A DNA stretch of 63,964 bases, filler included, from an uncultured Methanoregulaceae archaeon (lineage in GTDB: Archaea > Halobacteriota > Methanomicrobia > Methanomicrobiales > Methanospirillaceae), in assembly GCA_964530035.1 (NCBI GenBank). It is 3 parts of 3 records of this genome, joined end to end, with 100 filler letters (N's around TTAATTAATTAA, not from the genome) between each part and the next. Parts side by side here need not be neighbours in the genome. Positions count along the whole stretch, not along the records: positions 1 to 29,623 come from CAZGXZ010000006.1; 2 more parts are not named here. One strand, written 5' to 3'. Numbering within the stretch: position 1 is the stretch's first letter; each line of letters begins with the position of its first letter. The position numbers and the translations under genes were made by a program. Shown piece after piece: positions 1 to 10,216 of this stretch. The notes beneath the pieces were generated by a model. It had not been told where the DNA came from. It did not search any database and saw only the letters and a program-made list of their open reading frames with translations.

Positions 1-289
1 TGTTATCCGGGTTTATTTTTCTCACTTTTTCTGACCTTGGCGAGGTTTTTACCCTCTTAAAAGGCCGTGAGACCGCCGCCGGGGCGCCCTTCGGGGGCGT
101 GGGGGTATGCCCCCACTGAAGATGTGATGCATATAGGATATCGGGAAACGAGAGGCTACGGTTATTTGGCACGGTCTGCATGCATTCAAAAACGCCTGAA
201 AAATTTCAGATCCCGTTTCTTCAATCACGCAGATTACCTGACAATAATGTCCGGTAAGGAAGAATTATTCGTTAAAATTGAGATTTTTT
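1..289. repeat. Partial copy of a hairpin-rich interspersed (MITE-like) repeat
   Basis: 63-280 aligns by eye with 29335-29571. Shared blocks are GGCCGTGAGACC, GGGCGCCCTTCGGGGGCG, GCCCCCACTGA, CAGATTACCTG and an identical 23-mer GGAAGAATTATTCGTTAAAATTG (258-280 = 29549-29571). Confidence 0.75.
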
Positions 290-385
290 GGCTTTGTTGA
301 AATCCTCCACATCTTCAATTTTATTCACCCCTTTATGAGAGGTTTCCTTCAGCGGCGATTCTGATCAGGGGGTTTCAACAAAGCC
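290..385. mobile_element. 96-bp miniature element with 16-bp terminal inverted repeats
   Basis: GGCTTTGTTGAAATCC (290-305) and GGGTTTCAACAAAGCC (370-385) are 15/16 inverted. The left part resembles 29045-29100. Confidence 0.6.
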
Positions 386-402
386 TAAAACCGTTTTATT
401 CG

Positions 403-1365
403 TCACGTTCCGGGTCTGAAGGTTTCGTTACGGTTCACAGCGGGCCTATACCCCGTTTCAGACCGTTCAATACAATGGACAAGACCGGTAACGCAGGTAT
501 TATAGGGTGTCGGGATCCCGTACTTCTTTCCGAGGTTAATTATCGGGCCGTTTATATGGTCTATCTCTGTCAGTTTTCCGGCCTGGATGTCCTGGAGCAT
601 GGAAACCGGGTGGTCGGCCATCGCCATGAGGATTTCGTCCCTGATATACTCACAGAACGCTGTTTCACCACTCCATGGCAGGGTGACGCCAATCTCCCGC
701 GTAACCGCGAATGTCTCGGCGGCGATGCCCCGCATGACGGCAAGGCTGTGGACCGGGTCAAGGCCACCGCACGGGACGCCGACAACCGTGCATAAGGAGC
801 TCACCGTGGCATTGATCAGGTTCTTCGCCCAGACGTCATCGCGGATCCGGGGTACCGTGACCGTCCTGATACCGGCCCGGTTCATCAGTACGGCAAGCCG
901 GGTGACGGCGTCATCAACTCCTGACGGGAACCTGCCGATTTTCATCGGCCCGGCTGAAGCGATCACCTGGACCGCGTCCTTCCCCTTCCTGATGAAGCCG
1001 GTCATGACCACGCCGCCGATGACCTTGCCCCCGAACTCCTCCAGGGTCTCCTCGTTCCCGACCCCGTTCTGGAGGCTGGCCACCTCGGCTGCCGATATGG
1101 CATCGGCGTTCTGTTTGCAGAGTTCCTGTGTTGATTGTGACTTGGAGGTAACGAGGACGAAATCAAACCGTTCGTGAGGCCCTGCCGCGGTGACACAGCG
1201 GAAACGGTAGCAACCCTCACCCCATGCGCCAGAAAGCCGAAGCCCTCCCTGATCGACAGCCCGGGCGGTATCCTCCCTGGTGACGGCGGTTACTGTGCAG
1301 ACTTCCGACAACCGTGCCGCAACGGCAAGACCTACCGCACCCGCCCCAAGGACAAGCACCCTCAT
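403..1365 (-). CDS. panE: 2-dehydropantoate 2-reductase (ketopantoate reductase family)
   Basis: MRVLVLGAGAVG Rossmann motif, SLQNGVGNEE, SMLQDIQAGKLTEIDHING. Start placed at the ATG after a GGTGA RBS. Confidence 0.85.
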   Translation of the reverse strand: MRVLVLGAGAVGLAVAARLSEVCTVTAVTREDTARAVDQGGLRLSGAWGEGCYRFRCVTAAGPHERFDFVLVTSKSQSTQELCKQNADAISAAEVASLQNGVGNEETLEEFGGKVIGGVVMTGFIRKGKDAVQVIASAGPMKIGRFPSGVDDAVTRLAVLMNRAGIRTVTVPRIRDDVWAKNLINATVSSLCTVVGVPCGGLDPVHSLAVMRGIAAETFAVTREIGVTLPWSGETAFCEYIRDEILMAMADHPVSMLQDIQAGKLTEIDHINGPIINLGKKYGIPTPYNTCVTGLVHCIERSETGYRPAVNRNETFRPGT

Positions 1366-1594
1366 GAAATCACCACAGGGCAACCATCTACACGTATTCA
1401 CTCCAGGCTAAAGAAGTTGTCCAACTTTTCCGGCATGAAGACCGGATAGGGAACCCTGCGGGATCGTCCCGGAGATTCACGCCGTCTGTGAAACAGTTTG
1501 GTCCGGCAACCTTTCAAATGGCCGGAAGAGGCATGGACATGCCCGCTTGCTGATCGGTGAAAAATCAAGGATAGTCAGGAAAGCCCTGCCTCAT

Positions 1595-2764
1595 TCACTC
1601 CTGAGTNNNNNNNNNNCGCCAGGCCGGGTACAGACCCGATATGACGCAGACCACCATGCCGACCGCCATACCTCCCGGGATGTAGATGATACTTTCCGGC
1701 CGGAAGAAATAGGCGGTACTTCCTATCATGGCGCTCACTACAGAGTACCCGATCACCAACGTCATGGCACCTCCCACGACCGCGCCGATGATCCCGAGGA
1801 TAAGGGCTTCGTACAGGAACATCCTGCGCACTTCCCCTTTTTCGGTACCGATGGAGAGGAGTATCCCGATCTCCTGGACCCGTTCGTTCACCGACATCAT
1901 CATGACATTGAAGATGCTGACGGCTGCAACGACAAGGGAAATCCCACCTATCGCAAGGATGAACGTCGTGATGGTACCAAGAGTCTGCGAAATGCTCTCA
2001 AGACGCGAGCTTGCGTCCATGATCCTGACAACATCCTTTTTCCTGTTGACCTTCTCGTCGATGGCGGTTTCAACGTCGCTGATCGTGTCCACGTCCCCGA
2101 CAATCACGTTCACCTGGTCGTAGAGGTCCTTATCGCCGAAGTGGTCGGTATACCATTCATCCGAAACGATGATCGCGTTGTCGGTGTTGATACCGTCCGC
2201 CGAGAAACCACGGGACTGGAGTATTCCTGATACCCGCACCGTCGGCCTGGAGTCGGTATCATGCTCGCCCACCTTGATCCGGCTCCCGATGTTCAGGTTG
2301 AAGTTGCTCGCGATCGTCGAACCGATGACGGCATCATTCGCGCCCCGGATGCCCGTGCCGTTCTCGACCGTCAGGAATTTTTCTATGTCGTCAGGGTCGA
2401 GGCCGTACATCGAACCCCTTCCGTCCTTCGACCCGATGGTGAACTCGGTGTTCGTCCTGTGGATGGGTATCACCGTGTTCGTCCCGGCGGCATTCTCGAT
2501 GTCATTCAGCTGGTCCTTCGTCACCCCCTGGGTGGTTGACGGACCACCGCCCGACGAAGTCGTCCGTACAACGTCGGACGTGATCATGATAGTGTTGACG
2601 TTTGATGACAGCTGTTCCTTCACCGAGAGCTGCATGTTCGTCCCGAGCATCCCCATGGACGAGATGGCGACGACGCCGATCACTATTCCTATTGACGCAA
2701 GCAACGAGCGCAGGAAGTTCAGCCTGACACTGCGGACCGAGAGCTCGAAGAAGATGTCCTTCAT
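1595..2764 (-). CDS. ABC transporter permease, MacB/FtsX family (3' end crosses an N gap)
   Basis: RSLLASIGIVIGV N-terminal TM, large extracytoplasmic loop, SVNERVQEIGILLSIG, GLYPAW. Confidence 0.9.
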   Translation of the reverse strand: MKDIFFELSVRSVRLNFLRSLLASIGIVIGVVAISSMGMLGTNMQLSVKEQLSSNVNTIMITSDVVRTTSSGGGPSTTQGVTKDQLNDIENAAGTNTVIPIHRTNTEFTIGSKDGRGSMYGLDPDDIEKFLTVENGTGIRGANDAVIGSTIASNFNLNIGSRIKVGEHDTDSRPTVRVSGILQSRGFSADGINTDNAIIVSDEWYTDHFGDKDLYDQVNVIVGDVDTISDVETAIDEKVNRKKDVVRIMDASSRLESISQTLGTITTFILAIGGISLVVAAVSIFNVMMMSVNERVQEIGILLSIGTEKGEVRRMFLYEALILGIIGAVVGGAMTLVIGYSVVSAMIGSTAYFFRPESIIYIPGGMAVGMVVCVISGLYPAWXXXXTQE

Positions 2765-3441
2765 GCTTCCTGGACCCTCCCGTCCTCGATGACCACGGTC
2801 CGTTTGGCATACTCGGCGATCTTCGGGTCGTGAGTGACCAGGATGACGGTTTTACCCTCACCGTGAAGCCCGCCAAGGATCTCCATGATCTGGAGACCGG
2901 TCTTCCGGTCAAGGTTGCCCGTCGGCTCGTCGCACAACAGGATCTTCGGGTCGTTCACCAGGGCACGTGCTATCGCGACACGCTGCTGCTGGCCCCCGGA
3001 GAGCTGAGACGGCCGGTGAGAGGCTAATTTCTCATCAAAGCCCATCGCCTGGAGCATTTCTTTCGCCCTCCCGGTCGTGTCGCGCTGCTTGTATTTCAGG
3101 ATGAGCGGGTACTCGACGTTTTCATACGCCGAGAGGAGGGGGATTAAAAAGAACTTCTGGAAGATGTACCCGATGACGTCCCGCCGCATGTGGGTCCTCT
3201 CAAGGGTGCTCATCGCCGCGACGTCCCTGCTGTCAATAAGAAGCCTGCCCGTTGTCGGTACATCCAGGATCCCGAGCTGGTTCATGAGGGTGGACTTCCC
3301 TGAGCCCGACGGTCCCATGATCGCCACGAAATCATTTTCCCTGATGTCAAGGGAGACATGGTCGAGTGCGGTGACGTCTCCACTCTCGAGGTGGTAGACC
3401 TTGGACACATCGTCCAGCCTGATGAGGGGGATCTCGCTCAT
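2761..3441 (-). CDS. ABC transporter ATP-binding protein, LolD/MacB family
   Basis: GPSGSGKST Walker [28 protein letters not shown]. Overlaps the permease start (ATGA). Confidence 0.93.
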   Translation of the reverse strand: MSEIPLIRLDDVSKVYHLESGDVTALDHVSLDIRENDFVAIMGPSGSGKSTLMNQLGILDVPTTGRLLIDSRDVAAMSTLERTHMRRDVIGYIFQKFFLIPLLSAYENVEYPLILKYKQRDTTGRAKEMLQAMGFDEKLASHRPSQLSGGQQQRVAIARALVNDPKILLCDEPTGNLDRKTGLQIMEILGGLHGEGKTVILVTHDPKIAEYAKRTVVIEDGRVQEA

Positions 3442-3452
3442 GCCCCTGCCCC

Positions 3453-4751
3453 TCAGCTCTTCCTGAACCGGGCTTTCAGCCACTTCCGCTTCTTCCAGAG
3501 CACGATGCCGGCGATGATGATGATGCCGGCAGCGATGACGGGATAGAACGAACTTATCCCTGCTCCCCGTGTTCCGCCGAAGCCGAACATGCCCCCGCCG
3601 CCCGGTGGTCCTCCGGCTCCGCCCGGCCCCATGGACGACGACTGCCCGGTTGATGACCTTGAACTGCCGGAGTTCCCATTGCTATACCCGCCCGAGGCAC
3701 CGTTCGAGCCATCGCGGAGGTTGACCTTCTCGATGCTGGTGAAGGTATTGCCATCGCTGTCCTTCCACTGGACCTTCACCGGGACAGAGGAGAGGTCATT
3801 CGTGGTGAAGGTCAGCTTGAAGCTTGAAAAATCGTCGGCAGCGAGTGAGCCGATGGCGTACTCCTGGTAGGGCGTTACCCCCTTTGCCGGGGCTTCCACC
3901 GACAGGATCATTGCCTTGGCATCGGTTATCCCGGCATTGTTGATGTCCCCGGAGAGCAGGTAGGAGTTCCCCTGGTTCGTGAGCACCACGTTGTTGATGA
4001 CAGGGATGACCCCGGTCTTGTCCTCTTCAAGCGTGAGGGGCAGGGTCACCTCGGTGTTGTGGACATTGTTGCCGTTCTGGTAACTGACATGGAACACGAG
4101 GTCCGTGTCCCGGCTGGGTGTCACCTTGAAGGGAATGTCAATCGAAGTCCCTGCATTCAGGCTGCTGATGAATTTCTGCGATGGGTTCAGTTCTGTCCCA
4201 TCACCTGATACCGTGACCATGATGTTGGTCAGCGGCGCATTTCTCGGGTTGGCGAGGCTGAAATTGACCGTATCCTTTTTCGACATGGAAAAATTGTCAG
4301 GCCTGTCCGTTATCCCTGCCGTAAGGTTCCTGGAATCGACCTCGAGCTTGAAAGGGTAACTGATGCTCCCCGATTCCTTGGTTGACACGGTGAAGATGGG
4401 GAAGTAGGTCCCGTCAAGTGCGTCCATCTGTATCTGGAACGAGTATTTCATAACATTGCCCGGCCCGAGGCGTACCACGCTGTTGTACGAGGTCGGGTTC
4501 AGGACCTTTACATGCGTGTCAAGGATGTCCGGATGAGAGAGCGATACCGTCTGGTTGCCTGAGTTCGTCAGCTCGATATCGATGGTCCCGGTCTCGTATG
4601 GATAAAAAACCTCCGGGTCCAGGGTTACCGAGGACACATGCGCCTGGTAGATTGCGTCCGCAGCAGAGACCTGCCCCTGGGCTGCCAGGCATGTGGCCGG
4701 CATGGCCATGAGCAGGGTTGCTGCAAGGACCGCAAGAAAGAGTGATTTCAT
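3453..4751 (-). CDS. Secreted membrane-anchored COG1361/S-layer-like Ig-fold protein
   Basis: Signal peptide, beta-rich repeats, Gly/Ser linker, C-terminal TM plus basic tail. First gene of the ABC exporter operon. Confidence 0.75.
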   Translation of the reverse strand: MKSLFLAVLAATLLMAMPATCLAAQGQVSAADAIYQAHVSSVTLDPEVFYPYETGTIDIELTNSGNQTVSLSHPDILDTHVKVLNPTSYNSVVRLGPGNVMKYSFQIQMDALDGTYFPIFTVSTKESGSISYPFKLEVDSRNLTAGITDRPDNFSMSKKDTVNFSLANPRNAPLTNIMVTVSGDGTELNPSQKFISSLNAGTSIDIPFKVTPSRDTDLVFHVSYQNGNNVHNTEVTLPLTLEEDKTGVIPVINNVVLTNQGNSYLLSGDINNAGITDAKAMILSVEAPAKGVTPYQEYAIGSLAADDFSSFKLTFTTNDLSSVPVKVQWKDSDGNTFTSIEKVNLRDGSNGASGGYSNGNSGSSRSSTGQSSSMGPGGAGGPPGGGGMFGFGGTRGAGISSFYPVIAAGIIIIAGIVLWKKRKWLKARFRKS

Positions 4752-5008
4752 GGATCACCTGGATGTATGTTCATTGATGGTCTGACATTTTGTACCTTTT
4801 CCAAATGCATCCGCAAGGAACTGGTTTCCTGCAGGGAACCGGTGCAAATGTAAATTTTACTTTACTTTATGTTATATTTACCATACTATATCAAGCACAT
4901 CGGTCGTGTCATATCCCGGGATAAAGGCAAGACCGCTTTGCAATGAGATCAGGGGCTTCTCCCCGTGGACACGCGGACCGTTATCCGGATCAGCTGCAAT
5001 CAGGGGGG

Positions 5009-5884
5009 TCACCAGCAGGAAGGGCTGCCACGGGTGCGAAGAGGCCGCGAGGATGAGCCGGTTTGCAGGTAGTCAAGGTGCCGGAGGGTTGTCAGGGCCC
5101 GCCAGGTGTGTTCGAGCGTCGGCGGCCCACCCGATACTGAACAGGAAAAACCTCCGCTCTCATGGCGGCAGGCATGGACCACCGACCGGCACGTATCAAG
5201 CGCCTGGCTCCGGTACCCGACCAGGGCACACAGGACACTCCCGGAATGGACATCTTCCAGACTGGACCAGTCAGCCCCGGGCAGCGGGACAAGGCCGCAG
5301 TCCGGGTCCTCACACTCTGAAATAAAGGAAATGACATCATCCCGCGGCACGTGGCACCCAAACGACCGGAGAACGGAAACACAATGAAAGGTCTCGGTAA
5401 GGTTGGGTGTAACCGAGCCGAAACCGCCTCCTTCTTCCTGGAAGCCTGCCAGGAACCCCTCCACAGACCGTATCGTCTCCTCTGGTAAATGAACGGAAAA
5501 ACGCCTGCAAAGGTCGGAGACCAGGTAGAGGGACTCGAAACGGGACCCCGGTCCCGCTTCACCTTCTCCTTCGGGCGGGAGCTGCACCTGCTCATGAACC
5601 CACCGCGACGGCTCATGCACTGGTGGAAGGTTGAGGGCCCTGAGGGCGGATATGGCATACCACCCGCACAAAAGCGAGGGATAGGTCCCGTCCCCGGCCT
5701 GCAGTCCTGCCAGGTAACGGGTTGTCTCCTGGTCCACGAACCGTACTTCCAATAACTCAAGGCCTGCACAGGCCCAGAAGCTGTCGCTGCAGCGGGGTTT
5801 GTCCTGCTGGTACTGGCAGAACCCCCCGGACGGACAGCAGCGGTCAAGGATATATCGTGCAGTGTCTTCGTTTTCACGGATCAT
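5009..5884 (-). CDS. Prenyltransferase/squalene oxidase repeat protein
   Basis: Repeated (Q/C)xxxGGF motifs: CCPSGGF, QAGDGTY, QEEGGGFG, RHESGGF, followed by PTLEHTWRAL. Start uncertain. Confidence 0.7.
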   Translation of the reverse strand: MIRENEDTARYILDRCCPSGGFCQYQQDKPRCSDSFWACAGLELLEVRFVDQETTRYLAGLQAGDGTYPSLLCGWYAISALRALNLPPVHEPSRWVHEQVQLPPEGEGEAGPGSRFESLYLVSDLCRRFSVHLPEETIRSVEGFLAGFQEEGGGFGSVTPNLTETFHCVSVLRSFGCHVPRDDVISFISECEDPDCGLVPLPGADWSSLEDVHSGSVLCALVGYRSQALDTCRSVVHACRHESGGFSCSVSGGPPTLEHTWRALTTLRHLDYLQTGSSSRPLRTRGSPSCW

Positions 5885-6087
5885 GGACGGAAGCGGTTCC
5901 GTGAGGGATGAGTGGACAGGTCGGCCCAGCTCTCCACGGCATGCAATCATATTGGTCAGAAAGAGGTAAATAAACCGTTTGAGACTGGACAACCACGTCC
6001 CCGGTAATGCAGCTTCCTCTCCCGGCATCCCGCGATCATCCTTCGGTGCCAATACTGATGCAGGAGGACAATCAAGGATCAGGCACC

Positions 6088-7098
6088 GTGTCCTCAGCAT
6101 GGGAACGGACCTTCATCGTCAATGATGCCGGTTCCGTCACCGAAGCACTTGCACCCGCCATTATTTCCGCAAGCCGTGCCACCGATATCCCTGCCCTCTA
6201 CTCAGACTGGTTCGTCGGCCGCCTGAAGCGCGGACACCTAGCCTGGGTCAGCCCGTTCAACAGGAGTGTCCGTTATATTTCATTTGCAAGGACCCGGTCC
6301 ATCATTTTCTGGTCAAAGGACCCGGCACCTCTTCTGCCACACCTCCCGGCTTTCAGGGAACAGGGCATCGGAACGGCGGTCCAGTTTACCCTGAACGATT
6401 ATGAAGACGAGGGTTTCGAACAGCGGATACCCTCCCTTGACGCAAGGGTTGACACCTTCTCCAGAGTATCGTCTCTGCTGGGCCCTGAAAAGACCGTATG
6501 GCGGTTCGACCCTGTCCTAATCACCCCGGGGCTCGGCATTGACGAGGTCCTTGGACGTGTCCGGGAACTGGGCGACCAGGTGCACCCGTTCACCCGGCGG
6601 CTCGTTGTCTCCTTCATCGACATCGGCAGGTACTCGTGGCTTGCGCCCAGGCTGGCTAAAACAGGCATCAGGGAGCCGGATAGCCGGGAATGTACAGGGT
6701 TCATCAGCGGACTGTCAAGGCTGTGCCACGGGTGGGGGCTCCGGTTGTCCCTCTGTGCTGAGACCCTGCCCGGAACCCAGGTGCCGGTGGACGCCGGCGG
6801 GTGTATCGACAGGGAGCTCATCGAACATACCGTCCCGCAGGGTCCAGGAAAACAGGAACTGCTGAAATTCATGAAAAAGGACCCGGGACAGAGAAAGGAA
6901 TGCCATTGTATCATGAGCAGGGATATCGGCCGTTATAATACCTGCACGAACGGCTGTGTTTATTGTTATGCCACCCGGTCCACCTCCATGGCCTCACGGA
7001 TCAGGGAGCAGTACCTGAGGGACCCTGGTTCAGAAGTTCTGGGCGGGCTCCCCGCCGGGATATCCAGTTCAACCCCGGGACAGGCGAAGCGGCAGTAA
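6088..7098 (+). CDS. DUF1848 family protein (spore-photoproduct-lyase-related, C-terminal Cys cluster)
   Basis: IISASRATDIPALYSDWF, FWSKDP, WRFDP, CHCIMSRDIGRYNTCTNGCVYCYA. Start could be at 6058 or 6007. Confidence 0.85.
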   Translation: MSSAWERTFIVNDAGSVTEALAPAIISASRATDIPALYSDWFVGRLKRGHLAWVSPFNRSVRYISFARTRSIIFWSKDPAPLLPHLPAFREQGIGTAVQFTLNDYEDEGFEQRIPSLDARVDTFSRVSSLLGPEKTVWRFDPVLITPGLGIDEVLGRVRELGDQVHPFTRRLVVSFIDIGRYSWLAPRLAKTGIREPDSRECTGFISGLSRLCHGWGLRLSLCAETLPGTQVPVDAGGCIDRELIEHTVPQGPGKQELLKFMKKDPGQRKECHCIMSRDIGRYNTCTNGCVYCYATRSTSMASRIREQYLRDPGSEVLGGLPAGISSSTPGQAKRQ

Positions 7099-7884
7099 AA
7101 TCCCTTGAAAGGTCGTTTTCCTGGCTTGGCATCGCATAAAGCCCGCAATACAACACACAATACATGAGATCATGCAGCCAGGAGTCCAGGAGGTGTTGGA
7201 TCCAAGTATATAACTGAATCGGAAGGTCTGTTCTGCCGTGCACAATTGCAATCCGAAGCCGACTGGCAAATGCATAATAGTGCGCCATATGAATTTTAGT
7301 CATCCTTCCCACAGGGAAGGGTATGGGGGGTATTGTTCGACAAACAACGAGTCCCACCTTCTCCACGGGTGGGAACGTCCCGGTACATATCCCTGGCATT
7401 ACACGGAGGCCGGGTAAGCCGGGACAATCGCCTGGCCGGGAGGTCCCCGGGTGCACTACCTTGATATNNNNNNNNNNCGGGTACCGCCGGCGTCATAACA
7501 GGATGAGTACACACGATTACCCACGCCCACCGTTTAGCTCCCTGGTTATCACCAGGTGTACCTGAACCGGAGATCGTGATGAGACCGGTACCAGCCGGTC
7601 AATACGTGCGGAGCCAGTCCCGTAATGCGTGCAGACCGGGGAAACCCGGTAAAAAACCACTCACTCAAACCACTCACTCAAACCGGAATCCAGGGCCGTT
7701 TTCCGGATGGCCGTTTTCCTGTCTCCATAAGCGGAGGCAGGGACACCCTCTTTTGGGGAATTCCTCCGTGAAGAACCGCCATTATTCCTTGTCCTCCAGG
7801 CCTGTCCATTCCCCTGCGAGATAGTGCGCACCGGTCCCTCCGGGATAGCACTATCACCGGGGGCGTAGTACCATAGGGCATATC

Positions 7885-9798
7885 GTGTCAGCAGACCGCC
7901 AAGAATTGGTTATCGCACTGGTCCAGATGTCCATGTCCGGGGACCTCGGGAAAAACACACGGAACGCCGTGACCAGGGTACGGGAAGCCATAGGGAAGGG
8001 GGGGCGTATCATCTGCCTTCCCGAACTGTACCGGTCCCGGTACTTTCCGGCCCGGAAAGGCGCCGATGTGTCGGATATTGCAGAAACCATACCCGGAGAT
8101 TCGACCGGGGTCTTTTCAGCCTTAGCACGGGAATCCGGGGTGGTCATCATCGTCCCGTTGTTCGAACGTGCGATCGACAGACGGTACTACAACACGGCGG
8201 TTGTCATCGATGCCGACGGGAGCGTCCTCCCGCCGTACCGCAAGGTCCACATCCCGGAGGACCCTGGTTTCCATGAAAAAGGCTACTTTTACCCTGGAGA
8301 CCGGTACGTGGTCCACGACACTCGTTTCGGTCGCATCGCGGTCCTGATCTGCTATGACCAGTGGTTCCCCGAGGCTGCACGGGCGGTCGCCCTGGAAGGG
8401 GCGGAGGTCATATTCTATCCCACTGCGATAGGTCATCCTTCGGTCGGCATGCCAGAGGGTGAGGACTGGCATGAGTCCTGGGAACTGGTCCAGAGAGGCC
8501 ATGCAGTCGCGAACAGTGTCCATGTCGCTGCCGTGAACCGGTGCGGGAGGGAGGGGAGCACCTCCTTTTTCGGGGGGTCGTTTGTCTGTGATGCATTCGG
8601 GCGTGTCCTTGCACGGGCAGGGCCTGGTGAAGAGACGCTCATTGTCACCACCGACCTTGCCATGAACCGCGTCGTGGGGGACTCCTGGGGGTTTGTCCGC
8701 AACAGGAGACCGGACACCTACGGCAGCGTATGTTTCGTCCCCCGGGAAAAAATACCGGGAAAAGGGCATACTCCTGCAAACCTTGGCTTTCACATGCCCG
8801 CCGAGTGGGAACCAAAGGACTCGGTATGGATGGCCTGGCCCCATGACCCGCTGACCTTTCCCCGCCTCAGGGAGGTCGAGTCGTGTTATGTACGGTGGCT
8901 CAGGGAACTGACGACAGATATCAGGGTAGACCTCCTCGTTCTCGACACCGGGATGGAGGACCACGTCAGGGGACTGCTTGCCGGAGAAGGGGTTGACCCC
9001 GCAGGCATAACCTTCCACGCAACTCGCTACGCCGATGTATGGATAAGGGACTACGGGCCGACATTTGTCGTGAACCGGGCCCTCCGGGAATCTGCCATGG
9101 TCAGGTGGGAGTTCAATGCCTGGGGAAACAAGTACGACACCCTGCTCCATGACCGGGGTATCCCTGTCACTATGAACACCTGGCTCGGTCTCCCGGTCTT
9201 TGAACCCGGTATCGTCCTCGAAGGGGGCTCCTTCGATGTGAACGGACGTGGTTCGGTCCTGGTGACCCGGTCCTGTCTCCTCAATGAAAACAGGAACCCG
9301 TCCCTCCGCGAGGACGGGATTGAACAGTACCTCAGGGACTACCTCGGCGTATCAAATATCGTCTGGCTCAACGAGGGGATCGCCGGGGACGATACCGATG
9401 GTCATGTCGATGACGTGGCGAGGTTCACCGGGCCGTCAACTATTGCGTGTGCCATGACCGACGATCCCGAAGATGTAAACTACGAACGGCTTTTGGAGAA
9501 TTACATGATATTGTCCCGGGCCCGGGACCAGGACGGCCGTCCCTTCCGTGTTGTCCCCCTCCCGATGCCCGGACCTGCGGGCCGTGACAGCGAGCGGTAC
9601 CCGGCAAGTTACACGAACTTCTTCATCGCAAACAATGTCGTAACCGTTCCGGTCTTCAATGATGGATGCGACGGCGAAGCCCTGTCCATCCTGTCAGGGC
9701 TTTTTCCCGGGCGCCGTGTGACCGGGATCGATGCCAGGGCGATGATCGAAGGTATGGGAGCCTTTCACTGTGCCAGCCAGCAGCAGCCAAGGCCATGA
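7885..9798 (+). CDS. aguA: Fusion of N-carbamoylputrescine amidase (nitrilase family) and agmatine deiminase
   Basis: N-half has LPELY, YRKVHIP, ICYDQWFPE (Glu-Lys-Cys triad). C-half has MPAEWEP, WIRDYGP, LEGGS, DTDGHVD, GAFHCASQQ. Confidence 0.9.
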   Translation: MSADRQELVIALVQMSMSGDLGKNTRNAVTRVREAIGKGGRIICLPELYRSRYFPARKGADVSDIAETIPGDSTGVFSALARESGVVIIVPLFERAIDRRYYNTAVVIDADGSVLPPYRKVHIPEDPGFHEKGYFYPGDRYVVHDTRFGRIAVLICYDQWFPEAARAVALEGAEVIFYPTAIGHPSVGMPEGEDWHESWELVQRGHAVANSVHVAAVNRCGREGSTSFFGGSFVCDAFGRVLARAGPGEETLIVTTDLAMNRVVGDSWGFVRNRRPDTYGSVCFVPREKIPGKGHTPANLGFHMPAEWEPKDSVWMAWPHDPLTFPRLREVESCYVRWLRELTTDIRVDLLVLDTGMEDHVRGLLAGEGVDPAGITFHATRYADVWIRDYGPTFVVNRALRESAMVRWEFNAWGNKYDTLLHDRGIPVTMNTWLGLPVFEPGIVLEGGSFDVNGRGSVLVTRSCLLNENRNPSLREDGIEQYLRDYLGVSNIVWLNEGIAGDDTDGHVDDVARFTGPSTIACAMTDDPEDVNYERLLENYMILSRARDQDGRPFRVVPLPMPGPAGRDSERYPASYTNFFIANNVVTVPVFNDGCDGEALSILSGLFPGRRVTGIDARAMIEGMGAFHCASQQQPRP

Positions 9799-10216
9799 CC
9801 GGAGTCACGATGCACCGCCCGGAGAATGATCAGCCGGGTCCGGGGCATGTTTGCGAAATCCCTGTATTTCCCGGCAGCTCTTCAGGATCCCTGCGTATAT
9901 AAGACCGGACCTGGAGAAACAGGTAAGCAACAGCGAGACCCGTGTGCGGACCAGTGCCCGCACCGGTATGGATTGGTGTGACCCCGGGACTCGCTGTTGA
10001 GTATTACCGCTCAGCGGAAGATAACCGTTCTGTTTTGATCCTGGCGTGGTGCAATGTTCCCTGCGAGGCGTTTTCCGTGGACCCGAATGATATACCAGGA
10101 GCATCACCCTACAGGCCCCAGTCGTTCGACCCGCCGTGTCCCCTTACCCGGGTAGACCCGGGTGGCACAAGGGGCACGCACCGGATTTACCGGGGGTCAC
10201 GCTGAAGTTGCCGGGG

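Noticed and set aside
67..300. 77-aa ORF, and short ORFs at 29104-29507
   Set aside because: They lie inside the non-coding repeat, and the reading frames are not preserved between the two copies.
7100..7880. Several short ORFs in the DUF1848-agu intergenic region
   Set aside because: No recognisable motifs, mutually overlapping, and interrupted by an N gap.
8122..9150. Long antisense ORFs (also 20318-21277, 27716-28552, 44775-45647 and others)
   Set aside because: Shadow ORFs of GC-rich genes with well-supported products on the opposite strand.
9805..10205. 87-100 aa ORFs downstream of the agu fusion
   Set aside because: No motif or convincing RBS, so a gene call cannot be supported.
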